Assembly (NCBI GenBank): GCA_964534605.1
Contig: CAZHOS010000003.1
Location: forward strand, 1 to 50,941
Direction of reading: 5' to 3'
Length of the DNA stretch: 50,941 nucleotides
Source: an uncultured Candidatus Saccharibacteria bacterium
GTDB taxonomy: Bacteria > Patescibacteriota > Saccharimonadia > Saccharimonadales > VXPC01
Position 1 is the first letter of the stretch; every line of letters begins with the position of its first letter. The notes beneath the pieces were generated by a model. That model searched no databases. It saw only the letters and a list, made by a program, of their open reading frames with translations, and had not been told where the DNA came from. Positions 19,125 through 26,623 of the stretch are shown here, one piece after another. Both the position numbers and the translations under genes were made by a program.

Positions 19125-19733
19125 ATGAAAAAATTATGGTTATTCCTTATTCTTGCAGCCATGGTCGCCCAGGGTGATGTAGGGGTCTTAGCGCAGTCGC
19201 TGGTTGACCGACCTGATGTAACTAGGCAAGAAGCTATCACCAGACTAACCCAGCTTATTGATTTTTATAACATAGACCTTACTGAGGCCGAAGAAGACCG
19301 GGTCATTACTGTTTGCAGACAAATACAGTCTAATAATCTCGAACCACTTCGATCAAAGACAGAGGATCTCGCTGCTACCTACGAAGCAACAGTCAATAGC
19401 GTCGAGCTAACAGTAGGCTTTATTGCCAACTCTCTGCGCGAGATGTCCGAAGATGCTTCTGGTATGGACCTCGTTATCTTTCATCTGCAACGAGATACCC
19501 GGGAACTGCAAGAGTCTGTCGAGATATACCAAAGGGTTCTTGACGAGGTACTTATAATTGATTGCCAGGTCTTTCCCGAAGCCTTTACGGCAGGCCTGAC
19601 GGAGGCTAGGGAGCGTGCTAGGGTTGTCGAAGCTGACGCGCAGGATATCAAGAATACTCTAGACGAAGAGCTCTCGCAGTCACTCTCTAACGTTCGCTCA
19701 CGCATCCAGGCGATCGAGGGTAGGGCTCAGTGA
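19125..19733 (+). CDS. secreted hypothetical protein (helical)
   Basis: 202 aa. Signal-like N-terminus MKKLWLFLILAAMVAQG; the remainder is charged and helix-prone. Confidence 0.6.
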   Translation: MKKLWLFLILAAMVAQGDVGVLAQSLVDRPDVTRQEAITRLTQLIDFYNIDLTEAEEDRVITVCRQIQSNNLEPLRSKTEDLAATYEATVNSVELTVGFIANSLREMSEDASGMDLVIFHLQRDTRELQESVEIYQRVLDEVLIIDCQVFPEAFTAGLTEARERARVVEADAQDIKNTLDEELSQSLSNVRSRIQAIEGRAQ

Positions 19734-20059
19734 TCAAGAACTTTTTTTTGAACGAGGAAAGGCTTGCCAGGCCCGTCATATCGTTGATAGGAGTATTTAT
19801 AGTTGTGGCTGCGCTCTCGTCGGCCTCGTTTGCTCTTTTTTGGTTCTCTGACACAAAAGATCTAGTTAGCAGCATCCAGGCAAACTCTAGCTTTAACGGA
19901 GATCAAGTGCTACCAGCAGAAAGTATTGATGCGGATGGGGTTCTAAGCACTGCTGAGCTGCAGCTTTTAGAGGAAAATATTCAAGAAGAATCAGCTAAGC
20001 TTAATCCAGAGATAGATTTTGATGTCACCGAGATAAGCGAGGCCGTGATTGGCTTCTAA
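19730..20059 (+). CDS. hypothetical membrane-anchored protein
   Basis: 109 aa. GTG start overlaps the upstream stop; one TM segment (PVISLIGVFIVVAALSSASFALFWF). Confidence 0.5.
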   Translation: MIKNFFLNEERLARPVISLIGVFIVVAALSSASFALFWFSDTKDLVSSIQANSSFNGDQVLPAESIDADGVLSTAELQLLEENIQEESAKLNPEIDFDVTEISEAVIGF

Positions 20060-20062
20060 TTT

Positions 20063-21331
20063 TTAGCCAAAGTTTTGGTGTAGCCAGTCATCGAGACTAT
20101 TAACTCCGCCTCCGCTCATACAAACAACCAGATCTCCGGCTTCCAGATGGGCCTTTATGCTATCTTTTAGCTGTGCATCGAGCATGGCAGGTTGAGCAAT
20201 CTCTTTATTGTCCATATATTCTATAAGATCGCTAGGCTCGAGGATCTCGAGGCTTGCGTCTTCGCGCGCCATAAAGCTGGGCACCCAATATAGCTTGCTG
20301 ACACCTTTAAACAGATCTTTATACTCGTCCTTTATGTAGTGCTGGCGACGATTAGTCAGAGGTTCGTGAACGACTACGATTGGCTTATTTAGTTCCCTGG
20401 CAAGCCCTATACAACCGGCGATCTTTTCTGGGGTATGGGCGTAGTCGGTCACCAGGTTCGAATCTATATACTCGAACCTTCTGCTAACTCCAGGAAACTC
20501 ATTGACTATGTCGATCAATTTTTGCTCTGGCTCTCCGCTTAGTCTAGCGACCGCAGTAACTGCTTGTGAGGCGTTGCGTCTATTGATTTCTCCCAGCAGG
20601 TTTATGCCAGGCAATACGCTTGATATGGCGTAGCCAACGCTGATTCGCCCAAGCTTCTTTATATCTTCTGGCCACAAGTATGCGTTCTGAGATTGACTCA
20701 AGAAATCTACAAAGGCCTGGTTGTAGTTATCTTCGGATGGATATACTTCGTGGTGGTCATATGCGACACCTGTGATGATAGATATTCCAGGATGGAAAGC
20801 CAGAAAATTTCTATCAAATTCGTCGGCCTCGTAAACGAACCATTTAGCTCCCTCGTCTATGCTGGCGATCTCCGCAAAAGGCAGCTTGCCGCCAACAGAG
20901 TAACCAAACGGTATCTTGCCTAGCTGCCCAAGTAGCCAGACGCACATTGCGGTAGTAGTAGTCTTGCCGTGCGTACCTGCAATAGCTAGCATTTTCGTGC
21001 CGTTCTCTTCTAAGATGTGGTTTAGAAACTCGTCTCTTTTTGTTGATTTAATGCCGTTTTTGTCCACGAATTTTAGCTCTTCATGGTCAGGGTTCTGGAG
21101 CGGCAGAGCAGAGCTGTAGACGAACCAATCTATAGGATTTTCTTTGTGCACTTTGGCAATTTGCTCTTCGGTTTGGGGGCCACAGTGTATGTCTATGCCT
21201 TTTGCCTGCAGCGAATCTGTGAACCTTGAAGGATGAAGATCGCTACCACTTACTTTGTAACCAAGTTGTTTAGCGATTTGGCTCAATGGACCAATGCCCA
21301 CGCCACCGATACCTGAAAAGAATATATGCAT
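20063..21331 (-). CDS. murC: Mur ligase, MurC-like (UDP-N-acetylmuramate--L-alanine ligase)
   Basis: MHIFFSGIGGVGIGPLSQIAKQLGYKVSGSD is a MurC/Mpl-type N-domain, and AIAGTHGKTTTTAM is the ATP-binding loop. The ORF extends to 21472, but the conserved N-terminus begins at Met 21331. Confidence 0.85.
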   Translation of the reverse strand: MHIFFSGIGGVGIGPLSQIAKQLGYKVSGSDLHPSRFTDSLQAKGIDIHCGPQTEEQIAKVHKENPIDWFVYSSALPLQNPDHEELKFVDKNGIKSTKRDEFLNHILEENGTKMLAIAGTHGKTTTTAMCVWLLGQLGKIPFGYSVGGKLPFAEIASIDEGAKWFVYEADEFDRNFLAFHPGISIITGVAYDHHEVYPSEDNYNQAFVDFLSQSQNAYLWPEDIKKLGRISVGYAISSVLPGINLLGEINRRNASQAVTAVARLSGEPEQKLIDIVNEFPGVSRRFEYIDSNLVTDYAHTPEKIAGCIGLARELNKPIVVVHEPLTNRRQHYIKDEYKDLFKGVSKLYWVPSFMAREDASLEILEPSDLIEYMDNKEIAQPAMLDAQLKDSIKAHLEAGDLVVCMSGGGVNSLDDWLHQNFG

Positions 21332-21419
21332 ATATTTAGCATAGCATGAGCCTTCACTCTTGTGGACAGATAAAAACAGAGGTAGAAAAAGGTGGAATAT
21401 TTGTGCTAGCATTAGCGTA

Positions 21420-22052
21420 ATGAGAAAACACGTCAAAAAGACACTTAAATCTGCCTGGGCGCTTTGGGGCAATCTATCTTTAGGAACAATACTATTGATT
21501 TTGGGCCTTAGTGCAGCTGGTTCTATTTACGGCTTAAGGTCTAATAATCTGACAATGATAGATCTGCGTAACGAGGTTATTTTAGCCGACAAAGATGATG
21601 GCGATATCGAACAAGCACTCAGGGATTTGCGCGCACACGTTAATAGCCATATGAACACCGATCTAAGCCGCGACCTAGGGGGTGTTTCTGGAGTAGAGCA
21701 GCCGATTCAGCTGATCTACTCTTTTTATAGAGCCTCTATAGACGAATACCAAAAACTAGTTGTTGACTCAGCAGAGAACACGACGATTCTTAACGACGCG
21801 ATTGCCGCCTGCACCTCAGTCCAGATAACAGAGCGATTAAACTGCATTAATACGGAGGTAGAGACCGTTGATGACTCTAACTTCCCAGCACTAGCCCCAT
21901 TGCCAAAGGATTTATTTGTCCATGACTTTCACAGTCCACGCTGGACACCGGACCTAGCAGGTATCTCGATAGTTTTCTTTGCGCTCAGCATCCTGCTACT
22001 TGCTACTCGTTTTGTCGTTGGCTACATGGTTGGTCGCGCTACAAGAAGTTAG
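21420..22052 (+). CDS. hypothetical membrane protein (N- and C-terminal TM segments)
   Basis: The ORF opens at TTG 21360; ATG 21420 gives MRKHVKKTLKSAWALWGNLSLGTILLILGL... A second TM segment lies near the C-terminus. Confidence 0.6.
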   Translation: MRKHVKKTLKSAWALWGNLSLGTILLILGLSAAGSIYGLRSNNLTMIDLRNEVILADKDDGDIEQALRDLRAHVNSHMNTDLSRDLGGVSGVEQPIQLIYSFYRASIDEYQKLVVDSAENTTILNDAIAACTSVQITERLNCINTEVETVDDSNFPALAPLPKDLFVHDFHSPRWTPDLAGISIVFFALSILLLATRFVVGYMVGRATRS

Positions 22053-22059
22053 GCTTCAA

Positions 22060-22105
22060 GCAACACTATAAAAGACCGCCAATTGGCGGTCTTTTATAGT
22101 GTTGC
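22060..22105. terminator. bidirectional stem-loop terminator between convergent genes
   Basis: Perfect 21-bp stem: GCAACACTATAAAAGACCGCC / AATT loop / GGCGGTCTTTTATAGTGTTGC. Confidence 0.8.
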
Positions 22106-22115
22106 TGCAGTAGAA

Positions 22116-22790
22116 CTAAGGAGTCGTAGTGTCAGCTGCTTCGCCTGATGGGGCGCTGTCCTCTTGTGGGTTGACTGTTGCCGGCTGGACTTGCTGCTGC
22201 GTCGCCGCCTGGTCGTCATCACATCCTGGATCTCTGGTTACTGGAGCGTCAAGAGTGTTTATTTGGTAGTCTCTGATTGCACAGACTACTTCACCGGTCT
22301 CTCCCAGGTTTTCCCAGTAAAGTACTTGGCTGCGGTTGATGTACATAGCGTCGTCTGGGCCGTGGAGCTCGCTACCAAGCTTGGCGAGGCTGATTCCGGT
22401 GGTTTGTGTCTGGCCGGTGTCTGGCTGTAGAGCTGTTTCTACCTGAACGTAGTATATGTCTGTTAGCTCATAAGTATTAGCGTTGTTGATATTTAAACGA
22501 CCAAAGTAAACCTGATTATCAGAGCTGTCCAAGAATACCGCCTGATACTGATCTTCACTGACAAGCTCGCTCTCTTGCTGTATGGCAGAGGTGCTGCGCG
22601 CGAGTATTGCAATTGTTGCAAGCGCAAGAATACCGCCTAGTAGGAGTAGGGCGCCTACAGCAAAGCGAAGCGGTCCAGCTGGCTGGCCTCCGCCACCTGT
22701 CATCTTTGGTGCTGCTGCATGACTTGATTGGGTTTTTGTTGTTTGGTGTTGCCGTTGCCGTTGCGGCTGACGGTTCATGAATTCACTCAT
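22116..22790 (-). CDS. hypothetical membrane-anchored protein
   Basis: 224 aa. Gln/Arg-rich cytoplasmic N-terminus, one TM segment (LRFAVGALLLLGGILALATIAILA), then an extracytoplasmic domain. AAGGGTGG lies upstream of the ATG. Confidence 0.6.
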   Translation of the reverse strand: MSEFMNRQPQRQRQHQTTKTQSSHAAAPKMTGGGGQPAGPLRFAVGALLLLGGILALATIAILARSTSAIQQESELVSEDQYQAVFLDSSDNQVYFGRLNINNANTYELTDIYYVQVETALQPDTGQTQTTGISLAKLGSELHGPDDAMYINRSQVLYWENLGETGEVVCAIRDYQINTLDAPVTRDPGCDDDQAATQQQVQPATVNPQEDSAPSGEAADTTTP

Positions 22791-23004
22791 CGACTTTAGG
22801 GTCCACCCTTTCTATCTCAGTTATTACTGATAAAATTGTAATGCATAAGCGGTATAGTGGCAAGAGATGAATGGTCATAGTAGAGCTGCTTATCGGCCTC
22901 TCTCGCACGATGATCGGGGTCGAACCTATATCCTAAGGTGTTGACAAGTGTTAGTCCAGAGAGTAATGTGGAATTACTACTAGATTTTAAGGAGGGCTTA
23001 AGCA

Positions 23005-23208
23005 GTGGCTTATAAGCATACTAATTCAAGGGGTGTGACATATTACCTAAATACGAAAGAAGTAGAACTTCGCGGCGGTAAGCTGCAGCGTATCTACTAC
23101 TTCAGTAAAGACGAGCGTCCAGAAACAGGCTGTGAATTGCCTGACGACATGTCAGTTAACGAGAACGTACGTAACGGCTTCTTAACTGTAAAGCGCGACA
23201 AGAAATAG
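23005..23208 (+). CDS. small conserved-looking hypothetical protein
   Basis: 67 aa. Strong AAGGAGGG lies 8 nt before the GTG start, TTGACA-type promoter upstream (about 22942) and a clean terminator downstream. Sequence begins MAYKHTNSRGVTYYLN...RIYYFSKD. Confidence 0.6.
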   Translation: MAYKHTNSRGVTYYLNTKEVELRGGKLQRIYYFSKDERPETGCELPDDMSVNENVRNGFLTVKRDKK

Positions 23209-23227
23209 CTCTTCTCTGACTTACTGC

Positions 23228-23257
23228 AAAAACGACCTCCTCCGAGGTCGTTTTGTT
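23228..23257 (+). terminator. rho-independent terminator
   Basis: Stem CGACCTC / loop CTCC / GAGGTCG, followed by TTTTGTT. Confidence 0.8.
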
Positions 23258-23295
23258 ATGGACAAAAATACCTGCTTATGCTATGATATATTAAT

Positions 23296-23700
23296 ATGCC
23301 AAGAACTAACAGACACAATGCGCTAACACATATCAGGCACATCAGAGAAAATGTGCTGGGTCCGCATCGGACAAGGCAACAGATAGGTGAGGACTTAGGG
23401 CTTCGAGGGGTTAGTACGAGAAACGTACCCGCAGAGATCGCAGCTCTTGGGACAGGGCGAGAGGTAGCTGTATTACCGATAGCCGTACACACTAAACGGG
23501 CGGAAGGCATTGCTGTACAGGCGGCATCTACACAAAATCCTGGAGTAGCCGCTGAGGCCGCTCTAAAGTATGCTACTGGCTCACCGACAGACAATGGGTG
23601 GGAGGACACCCCTCCTTTATCTGACCATGAAAGAAGGAAGGCTTACCTTGCAGAAATAGCCGATAACGCAGCAGATAGGCGAGATAACAGACACGCGTAG
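23296..23700 (+). CDS. hypothetical protein (uncertain)
   Basis: 134-aa ORF. First codon positions are G-rich (GAG GAC ... GCA GAG ATC GCA GCT), which favours coding on the plus strand. Overlapping minus-strand ORFs are probably shadows. The 10-nt direct repeat TAACAGACAC occurs near both ends. Confidence 0.45.
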   Translation: MPRTNRHNALTHIRHIRENVLGPHRTRQQIGEDLGLRGVSTRNVPAEIAALGTGREVAVLPIAVHTKRAEGIAVQAASTQNPGVAAEAALKYATGSPTDNGWEDTPPLSDHERRKAYLAEIADNAADRRDNRHA

Positions 23701-23714
23701 GATATACTAGTGCG

Positions 23715-24644
23715 ATGCTAATACTCGCTCCAATGTATGATGTGACCGACACTGTCTTTCGGCAGATGGTGGCTTCTTGCGCCCCTCCGGACATGTTTAT
23801 GACCGAGTTTGTGAATGTTGATGGCCTGCAGAGCCCTGGGCGCCAACGCCTGCTGCACTTCTTAAAGCTTGAGGATACACACGATGTACCGGTTATTGCC
23901 CAGATATGGGGCAAAACACCCGAGAATTATTACAAAGTAGCCCAAGAGGTTGCCGACATGGGCTTCGACGGTATAGATATCAATACCGGCTGCCCCGACA
24001 AGACTATTACCAAAAACGGCTGCTGCTCGGCCTTTATACAGCCAGAAAACCGGCCGCTCTTCAAAGAGATATTGCAGGCTACTAAAGACGGCTCAAAGGG
24101 CTTGCCAGTAAGCGTAAAAACGCGCCTGGGCTGGGGCGAGACAGACTTTAGTTGGCATCAGATGGTGCTAGAGCAGGGCGTCAGCATGTTTAGCATCCAT
24201 GGCCGTACCAAGCGCGAGATGAGCAAGGTCCCAGTGCGCTGGGACGAAATAGTGCATATCCGTAAGCTACGTGATGATATTGCCCCAAACACCAAGATTA
24301 TTGGTAACGGTGACGTCCTGACCCGTCAACAGGCAGAAGAGTTACAGGCCAAGCATGGACTAGACGGTATTATGATTGGCCGCGGGGTCTTCCAGGATCC
24401 GTTTGTCTTTGCCAAGTCCAGCCCTTGGGCTGATTATCCTCGGTCCGAGAAGATAAAGCTGTTTATCAAGCATCTCGAGCTTTACCGCGACACCTACAGC
24501 AGCGGCGAGAGGCGCTTTGATCCCACTAAGAAGTTTATGAAGGTTTATATCAATGGTTTCGAGGGGGCTAGTGATATACGGGCTAAGGTTGCGGTTACTA
24601 AATCTGCTGATGAGGCTATCAATATCTTAAGACAGAGTCTCTAG
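23715..24644 (+). CDS. dus: tRNA-dihydrouridine synthase
   Basis: 309 aa. LAPMYDVTDTVFRQM, DINTGCP and a TIM-barrel length/pattern are typical of the Dus family. Confidence 0.9.
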   Translation: MLILAPMYDVTDTVFRQMVASCAPPDMFMTEFVNVDGLQSPGRQRLLHFLKLEDTHDVPVIAQIWGKTPENYYKVAQEVADMGFDGIDINTGCPDKTITKNGCCSAFIQPENRPLFKEILQATKDGSKGLPVSVKTRLGWGETDFSWHQMVLEQGVSMFSIHGRTKREMSKVPVRWDEIVHIRKLRDDIAPNTKIIGNGDVLTRQQAEELQAKHGLDGIMIGRGVFQDPFVFAKSSPWADYPRSEKIKLFIKHLELYRDTYSSGERRFDPTKKFMKVYINGFEGASDIRAKVAVTKSADEAINILRQSL

Positions 24645-24651
24645 AGGCTTA

Positions 24652-24773
24652 CGGGGAGGGACTCGCCCACGTTCCGCGGGCCCGAAACTTCGTTCATGGC
24701 AACAAGTTGTCAGAAGAAGGTTTCCTTGCAACATGCCACAGGCATGTTTCACCCCCGACCTCTAGTGTCAGAG
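24652..24773 (-). pseudogene. ghost copy of the 3' half of tRNA-fMet, split in the T-loop by an 85-nt insert
   Basis: On the minus strand:
- CTCtgACaCtaGAGGTCGGGGGT (24773-24751) matches the anticodon loop through T54, 17/23.
- An 85-nt insert follows.
- CGAGTCCCTCCCCG (24665-24652) matches C56 onward. Confidence 0.6.
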
Positions 24774-24793
24774 AACCAGAATCCTTGCCAAGA

Positions 24794-24835
24794 AACCAAG
24801 TAAAATACCCACATCTGTGGGTATTTTACTTGGTT
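24794..24835 (-). terminator. hairpin terminator that incorporates the tRNA ACCA end
   Basis: 18-bp perfect stem AACCAAGTAAAATACCCA / 6-nt loop / TGGGTATTTTACTTGGTT, followed by TTTCTT on the minus strand. Confidence 0.7.
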
Positions 24836-24905
24836 GCGGGGGAGGGACTCGAACCCCCGACCTCGTGGTTATGAGCCACGCGAGCTGCCGCTGCTCCACC
24901 CCGCG
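24831..24905 (-). tRNA. initiator tRNA-fMet (anticodon CAU)
   Basis: The 75-nt sequence CGCGGGGTGGAGCAGCGGCAGCTCGCGTGGCTCATAACCACGAGGTCGGGGGTTCGAGTCCCTCCCCCGCAACCA forms a cloverleaf. It has the C1xA72 mismatch and A11:U24 typical of bacterial initiators, and the CCA end is encoded. Confidence 0.9.
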
Positions 24906-24995
24906 ATATCTGCGCATAGAACTGACTGAGACGGCTCTATCGACTAGACTAATCTACAAGATTACGCAGTAGTTGTCAATCTAATAGTCTCGTTT

Positions 24996-25427
24996 TTAGC
25001 GTGTTAGGCTATCGCCAGAAAAGAAGCGCACCCACTCTTCGAGCGGCGTTGGTTGCTCGGCTTGCTCTACCGTAGCTTGGTCGTCTTGAAAAGAGCTGGA
25101 TATACGCTCTGTGGTTTGCTCTAGCGAGGACTGCTCTAGGATAACTAAGCTTTCGCCATCACCGATCAGGCCCAGCCTATCACGGGCAGACAAATCCTGA
25201 TAATACTCTGTTCTAAAAAACTCATTCTGCAGCTCTTGGGTATCCTTCTGGATACGCAACAATTCGATTTCTTGCTCGATGGTGCGGGACTCTTGTTCTA
25301 GGTCGTAGTTTAGGCTTATTTGATCAACGGTTTGCCATGTAATACCCAGCGATATAATCAGAAAGAACATTAGGTTAACGTTGCGCCGATCTGTAATAAT
25401 CGACCAGGCTTGTTTGGCTTTATCCAT
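24996..25427 (-). CDS. septum formation initiator (FtsB/DivIC-like)
   Basis: 143 aa. N-terminal TM segment (VNLMFFLIISLGITW), a coiled-coil and the conserved ...YQDLSARDRLGLIGDGESLVIL pattern. Confidence 0.75.
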   Translation of the reverse strand: MDKAKQAWSIITDRRNVNLMFFLIISLGITWQTVDQISLNYDLEQESRTIEQEIELLRIQKDTQELQNEFFRTEYYQDLSARDRLGLIGDGESLVILEQSSLEQTTERISSSFQDDQATVEQAEQPTPLEEWVRFFSGDSLTR

Positions 25428-25475
25428 AGCTATATCTTATAGCACGAACACCCTGCTGTTCAATCTACTGTTTTT

Positions 25476-25484
25476 TGCTATAAT
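25476..25484 (+). promoter_or_regulatory. extended -10 (TGcTATAAT) upstream of tRNA
   Basis: TGCTATAAT lies about 38 nt upstream of the tRNA 5' end. The same 9-mer occurs at 35933-35941. Confidence 0.4.
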
Positions 25485-25521
25485 CTACCTCTGTAGCAGA
25501 CAGCAATAGAGTTTTTTTGAT

Positions 25522-25597
25522 GGGGGTGTAGCTCAGGGGTTAGAGCAGTCGACTCATAATCGATTGGTCGCTGGTTCAATTCCAGCCACCCCCACCA
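25522..25597 (+). tRNA. elongator-type tRNA(CAU), probably tRNA-Ile2 (lysidine)
   Basis: The 76-nt sequence GGGGGTGTAGCTCAGGGGTTAGAGCAGTCGACTCATAATCGATTGGTCGCTGGTTCAATTCCAGCCACCCCCACCA forms a cloverleaf. Its D-arm, anticodon arm and variable/T-arm closely resemble E. coli ileX as I remember it. The Met versus Ile2 call needs a classifier. Confidence 0.9.
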
Positions 25598-25612
25598 AGA
25601 AAATTTTATCCA

Positions 25613-25715
25613 ATAAATCGATGGCTAATGACGCGGAACAAGCATGGGAGCTGCTGTCTCGCTACTGCGTCGTTCACTAAAGTTAACTCCTTACAATTCC
25701 AGCCACCCCCACCAA
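25613..25715 (+). pseudogene. ghost copy of the 3' half of the preceding tRNA(CAU), split in the T-loop by a 64-nt insert
   Basis: - ATAAaTCGATGGCTAAT (25613-25629) is a degenerate anticodon-loop to T-stem segment.
- The insert is 25630-25693.
- CAATTCCAGCCACCCCCACCAA (25694-25715) is 22/22 identical to 25577-25598. Confidence 0.6.
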
Positions 25716-25733
25716 AAGAACCTTAAACATTTT

Positions 25734-25742
25734 TGCTAGAAT
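25734..25742 (+). promoter_or_regulatory. extended -10 (TGcTAGAAT), near-leaderless start of the EamA gene
   Basis: TTTTGCTAGAATA ends 6 nt before ATG 25749. The same 13-mer precedes hrcA (48638-48650). Confidence 0.4.
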
Positions 25743-25748
25743 AGACCC

Positions 25749-26615
25749 ATGGATTGGTTGGTCGTAACTGTAATTGCTATTTTCTCAAGAGCTTTTTATT
25801 CAGTTTCTGTGAAGAGTATGAGCAGTAATGTAAAAGTTTCGGCCTCAATGCAGGCTGTATTATTAACACTATTAGCTGCACTTCTGACCCTACTGTTAGT
25901 CCCATTTCTGGGCTTCAGTACAGAAGGCATCTCTCAGAACTGGAAAATAATACTCGTGCTAGCGGTATCCCAGGGTGTTGGTAATGTGATCTATTTTAGG
26001 GGTCAAGAGCATCTTGATGCGGGCACCACTCAGGTTGCACTTTCTAGTATGCTTATATGGACAGCATTACTGTCTGCACTGTTTCTTGGATCTAGCTATA
26101 GTGTTCGGCAATATTTAGGGATGGTGTTACTTGGTATCTGCATACTTTTTGCAAACAGTCGAACCAAGGGCGCGGCAATCGCTGCCAAGGGGATTGCATA
26201 TATATTGGTGTCGGCAGTCGTGTTCTCTGTATTTGTGGTAGCTGGTGCAGATTTATCTAGTAAGATTAATATTGTTACGTATCTCCTTGCGACCTATTTA
26301 GGGGCTAGTATCTTTTCTATATTGGGTCTGCATAAAACCTTTAGAAGGGATGTAGGTTACCTCAAGGCCAATTTAACCCATTCAATTAAGAGCACATCTC
26401 TCGCCAGCATTACTTCTTTGCTCTATTTTATGCTTATATTTTACGCCTTCAGATTATCGCCTGATCCAGGCGTGGTCGCGGTTCTAGCTAATGCTCAAGT
26501 AGTCACAACGGTATTCGTAGCAGCTATATTGCTACAAGAAAGAGAACGGATTTTCAGAAAGTCCATATCTGCCTTAATTGTGCTTTTAGCCGCATATCTT
26601 ATATCAGGGGTTTAA
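25749..26615 (+). CDS. EamA/DMT-family transporter
   Basis: 288 aa with about 10 TM segments in two similar halves, the typical drug/metabolite transporter architecture. Confidence 0.8.
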   Translation: MDWLVVTVIAIFSRAFYSVSVKSMSSNVKVSASMQAVLLTLLAALLTLLLVPFLGFSTEGISQNWKIILVLAVSQGVGNVIYFRGQEHLDAGTTQVALSSMLIWTALLSALFLGSSYSVRQYLGMVLLGICILFANSRTKGAAIAAKGIAYILVSAVVFSVFVVAGADLSSKINIVTYLLATYLGASIFSILGLHKTFRRDVGYLKANLTHSIKSTSLASITSLLYFMLIFYAFRLSPDPGVVAVLANAQVVTTVFVAAILLQERERIFRKSISALIVLLAAYLISGV

Positions 26616-26623
26616 CTTTTACT

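Noticed and set aside
21332-21472. 47-codon N-terminal extension of the murC-like ORF
   Set aside because: The conserved Mur ligase N-terminus (MHIFFSGIGG...) starts at Met 21331. The extension is hydrophobic junk and would overlap the divergent gene's start region.
23300-23700. RNase P RNA or tmRNA in the ORF-ambiguous segment
   Set aside because: Neither strand contains GAGGAAAGUCC-type P4 sequences, the ACAGAA-CCGGCUUA motif or tRNA-like termini. The plus-frame codon pattern looks protein-coding.
24645-24795. SRP (4.5S) RNA, tmRNA or an intron-containing tRNA between dus and tRNA-fMet
   Set aside because: There is no GGAA-tetraloop/AGCA domain IV signature, no tmRNA tag or 5' acceptor partner, and no 5' tRNA half. 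Only 3'-half tRNA similarity is present, so I treat it as a ghost 3' half and report it as a finding.
25621-25680. 19-codon ORF (MANDAEQAWELLSRYCVVH) inside the 64-nt T-loop insert
   Set aside because: The homologous insert at 36283-36346 carries an indel that destroys the frame and has no ATG. Conservation is therefore at the nucleotide level, not the peptide level.
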